In this document: positions 1 to 5,986 of the stretch, one piece after another
Layout of the letters: each line of letters starts with the position of its first letter
Numbering within the stretch: the first letter of the stretch is position 1
Virus record (IMG/VR): IMGVR_UViG_2663763286_000016
Location: 1 to 11,101 of that record
Direction: 5' to 3' (one strand)
Origin: a virus
Lineage: Duplodnaviria; Heunggongvirae; Uroviricota; Caudoviricetes
Length of the DNA: 11,101 bases
Translations under genes and position numbers: made by a program
The notes under the pieces: model-generated
Database searches by the model: none
Told to the model about the DNA's origin: nothing
The model's input: the letters and a program-made list of their open reading frames with translations, nothing else

Positions 1-424
1 CTTCCTGCAACAATTCCTGTGCGCTAATAACCATATCAACGGTGATGTTTTCACATGTGTCGAACTTAACCATGACAGCGTTCTGTACTTCAGGGGCCAG
101 CTTGTCAAAAGTGACGTTCATCGGATCTGATTCAGTCTCAACCGGAACAAAGGAAGCAGACTCCTCATCCCAGCGGTTTTCCTGCATATATTCAGCATCC
201 CATGAATCGAGGGCAGGGCGGGGTATGCCAGGTTTATCCTCGCAGATAATAAATTTATAAGCGCAGTCCTGAGCAGCCGGATAATGTTCCAGGAATTGCC
301 AGTGAAATTTTGCTCGAGCACGGCGTTCGTCGCCAGCTTCAATAGCTGTGGCTACAGCCACAGCGCCTTCTTCCCTTGTTGCCAGTTCGTCAGGAATGGC
401 GGCGCAAATAAAGACTTTACTCAT
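1..424 (-). CDS. Hypothetical prophage early-region protein, N-terminal 141 codons only; gene continues beyond the window start
   Basis: ATG at 424..422 (minus strand) and an open frame to position 1 with no stop, translated by hand (MSKVFICAAIPDELATREEGAVAVATAIEAGDERRARAKFHWQFLEHYPAAQ...). GAGG about 10 nt upstream. Not in the ORF track because it lacks a stop in the window. Family not recognised. Confidence 0.5.
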   Translation of the reverse strand, partial: MSKVFICAAIPDELATREEGAVAVATAIEAGDERRARAKFHWQFLEHYPAAQDCAYKFIICEDKPGIPRPALDSWDAEYMQENRWDEESASFVPVETESDPMNVTFDKLAPEVQNAVMVKFDTCENITVDMVISAQELLQE

Positions 425-517
425 TTTGTTTTAACCTCATGACAGATTTAAGGATGAACAAATCCCTGCCATTGCTGGCATATAAGAATGAAACCGGATA
501 TTTATTACGGAACTGTT

Positions 518-709
518 TTAAAGACCTGCCGGGATTTCGATATTATCCTGGTGAATAACTTTATCGACCGGGTAACAGTTACCGGGAATTTTCTGTTCGG
601 TTGCTGCAGTCATACTCTCCTGCATTGTCCTGTGAACACTGACTGCAATATCAACTGCCTCTCCGGAAACAAGAAAAACTGTCAGAACAAGTGCAAATGC
701 TGTATTCAT
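518..709 (-). CDS. Small hypothetical protein (about 63 aa) with a hydrophobic signal-peptide-like or transmembrane N-terminus
   Basis: Internal start of track ORF 518..763. ATG at 709..707 has an AAGGA Shine-Dalgarno 8 nt upstream and overlaps the stop of the upstream ORF in an ATGA arrangement. N-terminus MNTAFALVLTVFLVSGEA is hydrophobic. Start is uncertain; 718 and 763 are alternatives. Confidence 0.4.
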   Translation of the reverse strand: MNTAFALVLTVFLVSGEAVDIAVSVHRTMQESMTAATEQKIPGNCYPVDKVIHQDNIEIPAGL

Positions 710-894
710 TGCCAGCATCCTTTTTGTATCGGACGTAAACGGGCCAACATTGAAAGAATGCATATTTTATTTAATAGCTCCCGTTCGTGTTTTCTCTTGT
801 TAATGGCATCTTCAGTAAATACAGGGTTACTGATAGTGACACCAATTTCAAAACAACCTTCAGACGTATTAACGTTTGGTAATAACGTTTCCAT
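706..894 (-). CDS. Small hypothetical protein (62 aa), translationally coupled to neighbours
   Basis: ORF track 706..894. GAGGA 7 nt upstream of the ATG at 894, overlapping the end of the Rha gene; its stop overlaps the next start (ATGA). No family recognised. Confidence 0.4.
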   Translation of the reverse strand: METLLPNVNTSEGCFEIGVTISNPVFTEDAINKRKHERELLNKICILSMLARLRPIQKGCWQ

Positions 895-904
895 TATCGC
901 GTCC

Positions 905-1462
905 TCAACAATGAATTTTTAGTAATTGCTCCACAGTCATATTTTTAATTGCGCTCCGGTTTACAAGAGTCCAGCCTTGTTTCTCCAGATAAAACTGGAA
1001 GGTATCCAGGGTGCAGACCATTGCGCCGTCCGGAACGGTTTCAGTGAATTTGATATTGCCGTGTTCGTCGAGACGGATAACCAGGGTACGTCCGTCCCCG
1101 TGAATCATTTTGTCGGGAGACGGGGCGTTATTCTGGCGCAGTTCTTTCTCCATGCGATCGAACTCAGCGATGTAGGCTTCTTTAAATGCAGCGGCTTTTT
1201 TGCTGGTGAAGCCCATCACCAGGAAAACGAAGCCGTTTTTGGTGATTTGGTACATTGGGAGTTTGCGACCGGTTGAGTCGGTATATTCGCTCGACACAAA
1301 ATTGTGCTCAGTGAATTTTGCTGAACAGTCCAGATTGCGAATTTTATCCAACACTCGTTCGTGGCGTTTACCAAAGAACTCAGCGATCGCAATAGACGTA
1401 GTGACAGCGCGTCCATTTTCGATGGTTACGTCAGGGTGAGAAAGGGTATGGATAGTAGCCAT
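905..1462 (-). CDS. Phage regulatory protein, Rha family (antirepressor-like), about 185 aa
   Basis: N-terminus MATIHTLSHPDVTIENGRAVTTSIAIAEFFGKRHERVLDKIRNLD...YQITKNGFVFLVMGFTSKKAAAFKEAYIAEFDRME matches the Rha-domain pattern as remembered. ATG at 1462..1460 with GAGG 8 nt upstream. The longer track ORF (to 1759) would read through an intrinsic terminator, so the shorter start is preferred. Confidence 0.8.
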   Translation of the reverse strand: MATIHTLSHPDVTIENGRAVTTSIAIAEFFGKRHERVLDKIRNLDCSAKFTEHNFVSSEYTDSTGRKLPMYQITKNGFVFLVMGFTSKKAAAFKEAYIAEFDRMEKELRQNNAPSPDKMIHGDGRTLVIRLDEHGNIKFTETVPDGAMVCTLDTFQFYLEKQGWTLVNRSAIKNMTVEQLLKIHC

Positions 1463-1491
1463 GATGGCAGCCTCGATAGTCAGTTTAAATA

Positions 1492-1531
1492 ACTCACCAC
1501 CAAGGCTTTCCACGACCATAAGGGTGGTGAG
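1492..1531. promoter_or_regulatory. 9-bp perfect inverted repeat (CTCACCACC ... GGTGGTGAG, 22-bp spacer) just upstream of the Rha start
   Basis: Read directly from the sequence at 1492-1500 and 1523-1531. Function as operator or RNA hairpin is unknown. Confidence 0.3.
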
Positions 1532-1630
1532 ACGTACAGGGGTGGAAATACCGGTGACTACCGAAACCGGCCAGCCTTTCGGCTGCCCTGCACGCCCCAC
1601 CATAATCTGAATGTGGCTGTGCATTACGCA

Positions 1631-1655
1631 TAAAAAAACCGCATGAGCGCGGTTA
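1631..1655 (-). terminator. Rho-independent terminator for leftward transcription
   Basis: On the minus strand: AACCGC-GCTCAT-GCGGTT hairpin (5-6 bp GC-rich stem) followed by a run of seven T (plus-strand A run 1632-1638). Lies between the pL-like operon and the Rha gene. Confidence 0.6.
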
Positions 1656-2297
1656 TGCGCAGTAGTCATCATCGGGTTTCCACGCCCGGCACCCGCTTTA
1701 TGAGGTGCAGGTGCACTATAATTCCACCCGTTCTGGTTTTCAATAGCTACATTCAACATTTTCTCTTACCCTTCATCACCGAAGTGAACTTTGTTGATGC
1801 AGTGCCTGGTGCCTCCAGGTGACGTTAACCAGTTAACAATTAACGCCGGATACAGAGAATCCACCCATAACACTGTTTTTGGTTTTAACTGTTCCGCGTG
1901 CGCTGAGCCGCATTCACCGCATCACAAAATTCACTTTAAAAAGGGCGGACATCAGTTCATGGGCAAACAGATGCCGCCAAACGTCACCAGAAAATTGATA
2001 ACAGAGGGCGTTGCAGCGGGGTTGTCACTTAAGCGTATGGTCAACCTGACAACCCGGTGTCCTCAACGGGGAAGGAATAACCCCGCCATACTTACCGCCG
2101 CGCCATTTCGCGGAGTGCCACAACCGGAAGCGCACGGTCGACGAAAATTTAACGACAGGCTATCTATGAACCAGCTACCTCGCCGTGCGCTTTCGCGTTA
2201 TGGTCTGACTTTTCAGGGAAATATCCTTTCAGTAAACTGTCAGTGCCGGATGCTTACCCGTGTCCGGCGCACGCACTCTACCTCACCCGTGAATAAA

Positions 2298-2684
2298 TTA
2301 ATGATTAATTGATATTTTATAGGTGGATTCAACTTTCCCATCGGATGTGTGATGCTTTAAATCACAGGAATTAATACTGCTTGCTGTAAAGTGATTTTCA
2401 AGGGGGGCTATTCGAATCCCTTTCTTTTTCATTAACAGGCCAAATCCCTTATTAATGATGTCCATTAATTCCAGAAAGTATTTTTCATGTAAATCCTGGT
2501 TATCAGAGAGCTGCTTCTCTTCGTATAGCCCGATAAAGGCTCGGCGCACGTTACCGGATATATTATCGATGGTTTCTTTTTCTACGGTACTCAGGTCAGG
2601 AGTAGCCAATTGAGAACGAACTATATTCGCTGCCATTTCCTGGAATGGTATTGGTAAATCTTTAAATTCCATCGTCAACCTCAT
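2298..2684 (-). CDS. Hypothetical early-left protein (about 124-128 aa), AT-rich gene
   Basis: ORF track 2298..2684. ATG at 2684..2682 overlaps the upstream stop (TGATG); an alternative ATG at 2672 has a GAGG Shine-Dalgarno (MEFKDLPIPFQEM...). No family recognised. Confidence 0.55.
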   Translation of the reverse strand: MRLTMEFKDLPIPFQEMAANIVRSQLATPDLSTVEKETIDNISGNVRRAFIGLYEEKQLSDNQDLHEKYFLELMDIINKGFGLLMKKKGIRIAPLENHFTASSINSCDLKHHTSDGKVESTYKISINH

Positions 2685-2836
2685 CAGTCAGTGTTTCTGG
2701 CTAACCAGCGACGCGCGCCAGATTCGGTTTTAAGCGTTTTGCTTTTGGTATACGTCATTGCGGTGAACGTACCGTCCTGGTTTGGGAACACGCCGCACAC
2801 CAGAGATTCGTTGTTGCCAAGATCGATAGTATCCAT
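2684..2836 (-). CDS. Small hypothetical protein (50 aa), first gene of the pL-like operon
   Basis: Internal ATG at 2836..2834 of track ORF 2684..2890 (MDTIDLGNNESLVCGVFPNQDGTFTAMTYTKSKTLKTESGARRWLARNTD), GAGG 5 nt upstream. The track start at 2890 is a GTG that would sit only about 17 nt below the predicted transcription start. Confidence 0.45.
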   Translation of the reverse strand: MDTIDLGNNESLVCGVFPNQDGTFTAMTYTKSKTLKTESGARRWLARNTD

Positions 2837-2886
2837 GCTGACCTCATTTCCCCTTAACGCCGGGGTAGCGGAACTGTTTGCTGAGA

Positions 2887-2900
2887 ACACCGTGCGGTGT
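2887..2900. promoter_or_regulatory. 14-bp palindrome ACACCGTGCGGTGT in the leader of the pL-like transcript
   Basis: Perfect 6-bp inverted arms with a 2-nt centre, read directly. Could be a protein-binding site or an RNA hairpin. Confidence 0.3.
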
Positions 2901-2913
2901 CTTGGTGGAGATT

Positions 2914-2942
2914 AATTTAGAATAACCTAACAAATGTGGCAA
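2914..2942 (-). promoter_or_regulatory. pL-like sigma70 promoter directing leftward transcription
   Basis: On the minus strand: TTGCCA (plus 2942..2937), 17-bp spacer, TAAATT (plus 2919..2914). One TTAG-N6-CTAA palindrome overlaps the -10 and spacer, a second lies just upstream of the -35. Confidence 0.5.
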
Positions 2943-2967
2943 GTATTTTTTGTTAGATTGGTCTAAC
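2917..2967. promoter_or_regulatory. Two putative operator palindromes of TTAG-N6-CTAA type (OL-like)
   Basis: TTAGAATAACCTAA at 2917-2930 and GTTAGATTGGTCTAAC at 2952-2967. The same motif recurs twice between the repressor and cro-like genes. Confidence 0.5.
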
Positions 2968-3004
2968 AAAAAGAGTGAGGGAATCTAAGTAACTGAAAGG
3001 AGTG

Positions 3005-3412
3005 TTATTTTATTGATTTGTTTTTACGTGCTTTAAGCATTTCTTCGAAGAGTTTATTGAAATTCTCTACTCTTGCGCGCATTTCAGACAGTAAGGCTTC
3101 CTGCTCGGAGGAGGGAAGAGCATCGAATAATTCGATCAATTCTTTGTGGCTGGGAGTTAACTCGGTTTCCACATGAAGTTCTTGTGCTGGCACTGGTGCC
3201 TTGTCTTCGTCACCAAACATTAGCCATGTAGGCGAGCACTTCAGCGCATCAGCTAAAGCAAATAACCGCTTCCCGACCGGTTGGGTTTCGTCTCTTTCCC
3301 ATTGTGAAATTGTGACGTGAGCTACCCCAGCGAGGCGTGCAGCTTCTCGTTGTGTTAGGCGTAATTCTTTTCGTCGTGCCAGAACTCGCTGGCCTAGGGT
3401 TCTTGTATCCAT
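3005..3412 (-). CDS. Phage repressor, XRE-family helix-turn-helix, 135 aa, no S24 peptidase domain
   Basis: N-terminus LGQRVLARRKELRLTQREAARLAGVAHVTISQWERDETQP is a classic Cro/CI-type HTH. It is divergent from the cro-like gene. No Shine-Dalgarno before the ATG at 3412 and a TAGAAT -10 about 9 nt upstream suggest a near-leaderless transcript, as for lambda cI from pRM. Confidence 0.8.
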   Translation of the reverse strand: MDTRTLGQRVLARRKELRLTQREAARLAGVAHVTISQWERDETQPVGKRLFALADALKCSPTWLMFGDEDKAPVPAQELHVETELTPSHKELIELFDALPSSEQEALLSEMRARVENFNKLFEEMLKARKNKSIK

Positions 3413-3414
3413 AG

Positions 3415-3478
3415 TTAGGTAATTCTAATTTTTCTTGACTTAGGTATCCCGCGCACATTACCGTTAGGAATATCTAAC
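3415..3478. promoter_or_regulatory. OR-like region: two TTAG-N6-CTAA palindromes plus candidate divergent promoters
   Basis: TTAGGTAATTCTAA at 3415-3428 and GTTAGGAATATCTAAC at 3463-3478. Minus-strand TAGAAT -10 (plus 3427..3422) overlaps the first palindrome. Plus-strand TTGACT at 3435-3440 is a candidate -35; its -10 was not convincingly resolved. Confidence 0.45.
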
Positions 3479-3492
3479 AAGAGGGGGCTTTG

Positions 3493-3720
3493 ATGCTTAA
3501 AGTTGACGCAATTACTTTTTTTGGCAGCAAAACAAAACTTGCCAATGCCGCAGGAGTGAAACTGGCAAGTGTTGCTGCATGGGGGGAACTGGTTCCTGAA
3601 GGTCGCGCGATGCGCCTGCAAGAGGCATCCGGCGGGGAACTTCAGTACGACCCCAAAGTTTATGACGAATATCGTAAGGCAAAGCGGGCGGGGCGGTTGA
3701 ACAATGAAAATCACCCCTGA
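3493..3720 (+). CDS. Cro-like DNA-binding protein (YdaS-like), 75 aa
   Basis: ATG at 3493 with GAGGGGG 5 nt upstream (the track start at 3490 is TTG). Sequence LKVDAITFFGSKTKLANAAGVKLASVAAWGELVPEGRAMRLQEASGGEL fits the YdaS/Cro pattern as remembered. Position divergent from the repressor. Confidence 0.75.
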   Translation: MLKVDAITFFGSKTKLANAAGVKLASVAAWGELVPEGRAMRLQEASGGELQYDPKVYDEYRKAKRAGRLNNENHP

Positions 3721-4225
3721 ACAGGTTTGTGAGGCTCTGGATGCCTGGGTATGCCGACCAGGAATGACACAGGAGCAGGCGACGATATTAATCACGGAAG
3801 CATTCTGGGCTCTGAAAGAACGCCCGAACATCGATGTTCAACGCGTCACGTTTAATGATGGCGAGGTTGATCAACGGGCGTTGGGCGTTAACCGGGTGAA
3901 GATATTCGAACGCTGGAAAGCTATCGACACCAGGGATAAGCGGGAAAAATTCACGGCGCTGATTCCGGCAATTATGGAGGCTATCCGGATCAGCGATTTC
4001 AGGTTGTATTGTGAAATTACTGACGGAAAAAGCATTACGTACATGATCGCCGGGTTAAACAAAGAATATGGTGATGTGGTGGAGTCCGGGCTGCTTTTTG
4101 CGGATCCATCTGTTGTGGAACGTGAGACTGACGAGCTTATAGAAAAAGCTATTGCTTTCAAGCATGCGTATCGTCAGCAATACCAACAAAAAGCTGGATG
4201 GAATTATGAGCCTTCTTTTTGCTGA
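3704..4225 (+). CDS. YdaT-like / cII-position early regulator, 173 aa
   Basis: ORF track 3704..4225, overlapping the cro-like stop. Central ALIPAIMEAI region resembles YdaT-family proteins of the Rac prophage (recollection, moderate certainty). Confidence 0.65.
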   Translation: MKITPEQVCEALDAWVCRPGMTQEQATILITEAFWALKERPNIDVQRVTFNDGEVDQRALGVNRVKIFERWKAIDTRDKREKFTALIPAIMEAIRISDFRLYCEITDGKSITYMIAGLNKEYGDVVESGLLFADPSVVERETDELIEKAIAFKHAYRQQYQQKAGWNYEPSFC

Positions 4226-5045
4226 ACGCCCACTGGTTATAAACACACAGCTTGCGATGAAGATTGGCTTAAATGAAGCCATTGTGTTGCAGCAGTTGCA
4301 TTACTGGTTGAGAGATACCAGTTCCGGTATAGAATGTGACGGGGTTCGCTGGATTTATAACACAACAGAACAATGGCTGGAACAGTTCCCGTTCTGGTCA
4401 GAGTCAACGTTAAAACGCGCATTTGCAAGTCTGAAAACGCTGGGGCTTTTGCGTTGCGAAAAGCTCAACAAATCAAAGCGTGATATGACTAATTTTTACA
4501 CGATTAATTACGAGAGTGAGCTTTTAGATGGTGGCAAAGTGAGCGAATCCATCAGGTCAAAATGCGCCGCTCCATCAGGTCAAAATGACACGATGGAAGA
4601 GGTCAAAATGGCACGCTCCATTGGTTCAAAACGACCCAATGTCATCGGGTCAAAATGGCCTGATGATCTTACAGAGAATACAACAGAGATTACTACAGAG
4701 AATAAAAACACTTCTCGTCCGGAAGCTTCGCAACCGGACCCGCAGACGGCTGAACAGGATTTTTTAACCCGACACCCTGACGCGGTTGTGTTCAGTGCGA
4801 AAAAACGCCAGTGGGGAAGTCAGGAAGATTTGGCGTGCGCACAGTGGATCTGGGGACGAATCGTGAGTCTTTACGAGCAGGCTGCCAGCGATGATGGCGA
4901 GATCACGCGACCGAAAGAACCAAACTGGACCGCATGGGCCAATGACGTGCGCACAATGCGGATGCTGGATGGCAGAAGCCACAGACAAATTTGCGAAATG
5001 TTTGGTCGGGTACAGCGAGATCCATTCTGGGTAAAAACATCATGA
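4206..5045 (+). CDS. Replication initiation protein, lambda O-like, with the origin iterons inside the gene
   Basis: N-terminal winged-helix-like region (EAIVLQQLHYWLRDTSSGIECDGVRWIYNTTEQWLEQFPFWSESTLKRAFASLKTLGLL), then a linker that encodes the iteron array. Start uncertain: ATG at 4206 (MSLLF...) is preferred over the track start at 4152 to limit overlap with the upstream gene. Confidence 0.65.
   Translation: MSLLFAERPLVINTQLAMKIGLNEAIVLQQLHYWLRDTSSGIECDGVRWIYNTTEQWLEQFPFWSESTLKRAFASLKTLGLLRCEKLNKSKRDMTNFYTINYESELLDGGKVSESIRSKCAAPSGQNDTMEEVKMARSIGSKRPNVIGSKWPDDLTENTTEITTENKNTSRPEASQPDPQTAEQDFLTRHPDAVVFSAKKRQWGSQEDLACAQWIWGRIVSLYEQAASDDGEITRPKEPNWTAWANDVRTMRMLDGRSHRQICEMFGRVQRDPFWVKTS
4548..4657. 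repeat. Iteron array (about five direct repeats with core GGTCAAAATG, 22-25 bp spacing): probable replication origin
   Basis: Cores at 4555-4564, 4578-4587, 4601-4610, 4623-4633 (degenerate GGTTCAAAACG) and 4648-4657. The 17-mer TCCATCAGGTCAAAATG occurs identically at 4548 and 4571. Followed by an A/T-rich stretch with two TACAGAGAATA repeats (4670-4704). Confidence 0.7.
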
Positions 5046-5170
5046 GCCCGTCAAAGCTTCGCGAAAAATGGGACGACCTGGTCATCCGCCTGGGGCGTTC
5101 ACCTGTACAGTGTTGTGTGAATCATATTTCTGAACCGGATACCGAAATTCCGCCTGGTTTCAGGGGATAA
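5042..5170 (+). CDS. Small ORF (42 aa) overlapping the O-like stop (ATGA); possible remnant or small replication-associated protein
   Basis: ATG at 5042-5044 overlaps the TGA at 5043-5045. Translated by hand: MSPSKLREKWDDLVIRLGRSPVQCCVNHISEPDTEIPPGFRG. Below the track size cutoff. No family recognised. Confidence 0.3.
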   Translation: MSPSKLREKWDDLVIRLGRSPVQCCVNHISEPDTEIPPGFRG

Positions 5171-5210
5171 GTGGTGATTTTAGGGCATAAAGTAATGTTC
5201 AGGAGGACTT

Positions 5211-5618
5211 ATGGCAAAAGTATTTACAAAGGAAGAGCGGGAAAAAATTAAAGGACAGGTGGTGGAACTCGTGCGCCAGAGCGGTCGTGAGACGTTACGG
5301 CAACTGGAAGCTAAAACAGGTGCGACAAGATATCTGATGAGCGTTCTTGCCAGAGAGCTGGTTGCCAGTGGTGATGTATATCACTCTGGCTATGGGGTGT
5401 TCCCGTCAGAACGGGCTCGTAAGGACTGGCAAAACGCCCGCAAAAAACTCTCGAGGGCAAAGGTGAAGAAACCTGTTGTGGTTGATCCGGGCCTTATCTG
5501 GACATTACCCGACGGAGAAATACGCCGCTACGACAGGCGTATGAACATAATCTGTCGCGAGTGCCGGAAGAGCGAAGTTATGCAGCGTGTATTGGCGTTC
5601 TATCAGGGATATGCCTAG
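5211..5618 (+). CDS. Hypothetical phage protein, 135 aa
   Basis: ORF track 5211..5618 with a strong AGGAGG 4 nt upstream of the ATG. Basic protein; no family recognised. Confidence 0.65.
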   Translation: MAKVFTKEEREKIKGQVVELVRQSGRETLRQLEAKTGATRYLMSVLARELVASGDVYHSGYGVFPSERARKDWQNARKKLSRAKVKKPVVVDPGLIWTLPDGEIRRYDRRMNIICRECRKSEVMQRVLAFYQGYA

Positions 5619-5664
5619 AATTGTCACAGGTAATGAAATTAAAGAGTATTGGTTCGGATATGAA

Positions 5665-5693
5665 TTGACATTTTCGCGGCACAGAGCTAAAAA
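5665..5693 (+). promoter_or_regulatory. Candidate sigma70 promoter in the AT-rich region upstream of the SIR2-like gene
   Basis: TTGACA at 5665-5670, 17-bp spacer, TAAAAA at 5688-5693. The 370-bp intergenic region contains several other -10-like hexamers. Confidence 0.3.
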
Positions 5694-5986
5694 TAGCCTA
5701 CTTGTTGGTTTTGTGTGAAAAGCAGACATTTTGAGGCTCAGGATTTGTTATCAAATAAGACCAATACTTATCTATATTAATACACATTAAATACTGTGCA
5801 ATACATTATTGCATTTTATTAGATAAGCGATATTTAGGGAAAAGAAAAGTCATAGAAAACAGGCCGCTATTTGTTGTTGGATTTTATAGGCTATATCTAG
5901 ATTATCTTGCCACTGCGGTCTCTGTTTACCTAACAGCTTGGGCTTCTTTGCATGCAAGTTTGTAATAACAAGTGTAATCAAACGGA

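Noticed and set aside
488-922. Plus-strand ORF of 144 aa
   Set aside because: Cys- and Asn-rich, non-protein-like composition and no Shine-Dalgarno. It lies antisense to the translationally coupled minus-strand ORFs, so it is most likely a spurious open frame.
926-1439. Plus-strand ORFs 926..1276 and 1200..1439, and minus-strand ORF 1216..1416
   Set aside because: All overlap the well-supported Rha-family gene on the opposite strand or in another frame, and none has a recognisable family or ribosome-binding site.
1463-1759. N-terminal extension of the Rha ORF to the upstream ATG at 1759 (284 aa version)
   Set aside because: The extension would be translated through a strong intrinsic terminator hairpin and a 9-bp inverted repeat, and Rha domains normally sit at the extreme N-terminus. 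The ATG at 1462 with GAGG upstream is preferred, though the longer form cannot be excluded without homologues.
1791-2312. Plus-strand ORF of 173 aa
   Set aside because: Starts with TTG, is rich in Arg/Pro/Thr/Asn with no motifs, is convergent with and overlaps the end of the 128-aa gene, and lies in a region dense with stem-loops. Treated as non-coding.
2406-2420. tRNA T-loop-like motif TTCGAATCC
   Set aside because: It lies inside the 128-aa coding sequence on the opposite strand, and the flanking sequence does not form acceptor, D or anticodon arms. No tRNA is supported.
3249-3831. Minus-strand ORFs 3249..3458 and 3415..3831
   Set aside because: They overlap the repressor, the operator region and the cro-like gene in other frames. 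Composition is implausible (Cys/Pro/Ser-rich) and the annotated genes explain the region.
3871-4428. Minus-strand ORFs 3871..4161, 4055..4282 and 4237..4428
   Set aside because: Antisense to the YdaT-like and O-like genes with no start signals. Treated as frame shadows.
4548-4657. Direct repeats considered as a possible CRISPR array
   Set aside because: Repeats are only about 10-17 bp with about 6-13 bp between them, lie within a coding sequence, and are followed by an A/T-rich segment. This is the signature of replication-origin iterons, not a CRISPR array.
4585-5085. Plus-strand ORF 4585..4767 and minus-strand ORFs 4764..4988 and 4903..5085
   Set aside because: Alternative-frame or antisense ORFs inside the O-like gene. 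The Arg-rich 60-aa product is typical of out-of-frame translation.
5505-5729. Minus-strand ORF 5505..5729
   Set aside because: Overlaps the 3' end of the 135-aa gene in antisense and runs into the AT-rich intergenic region, with no supporting signals.
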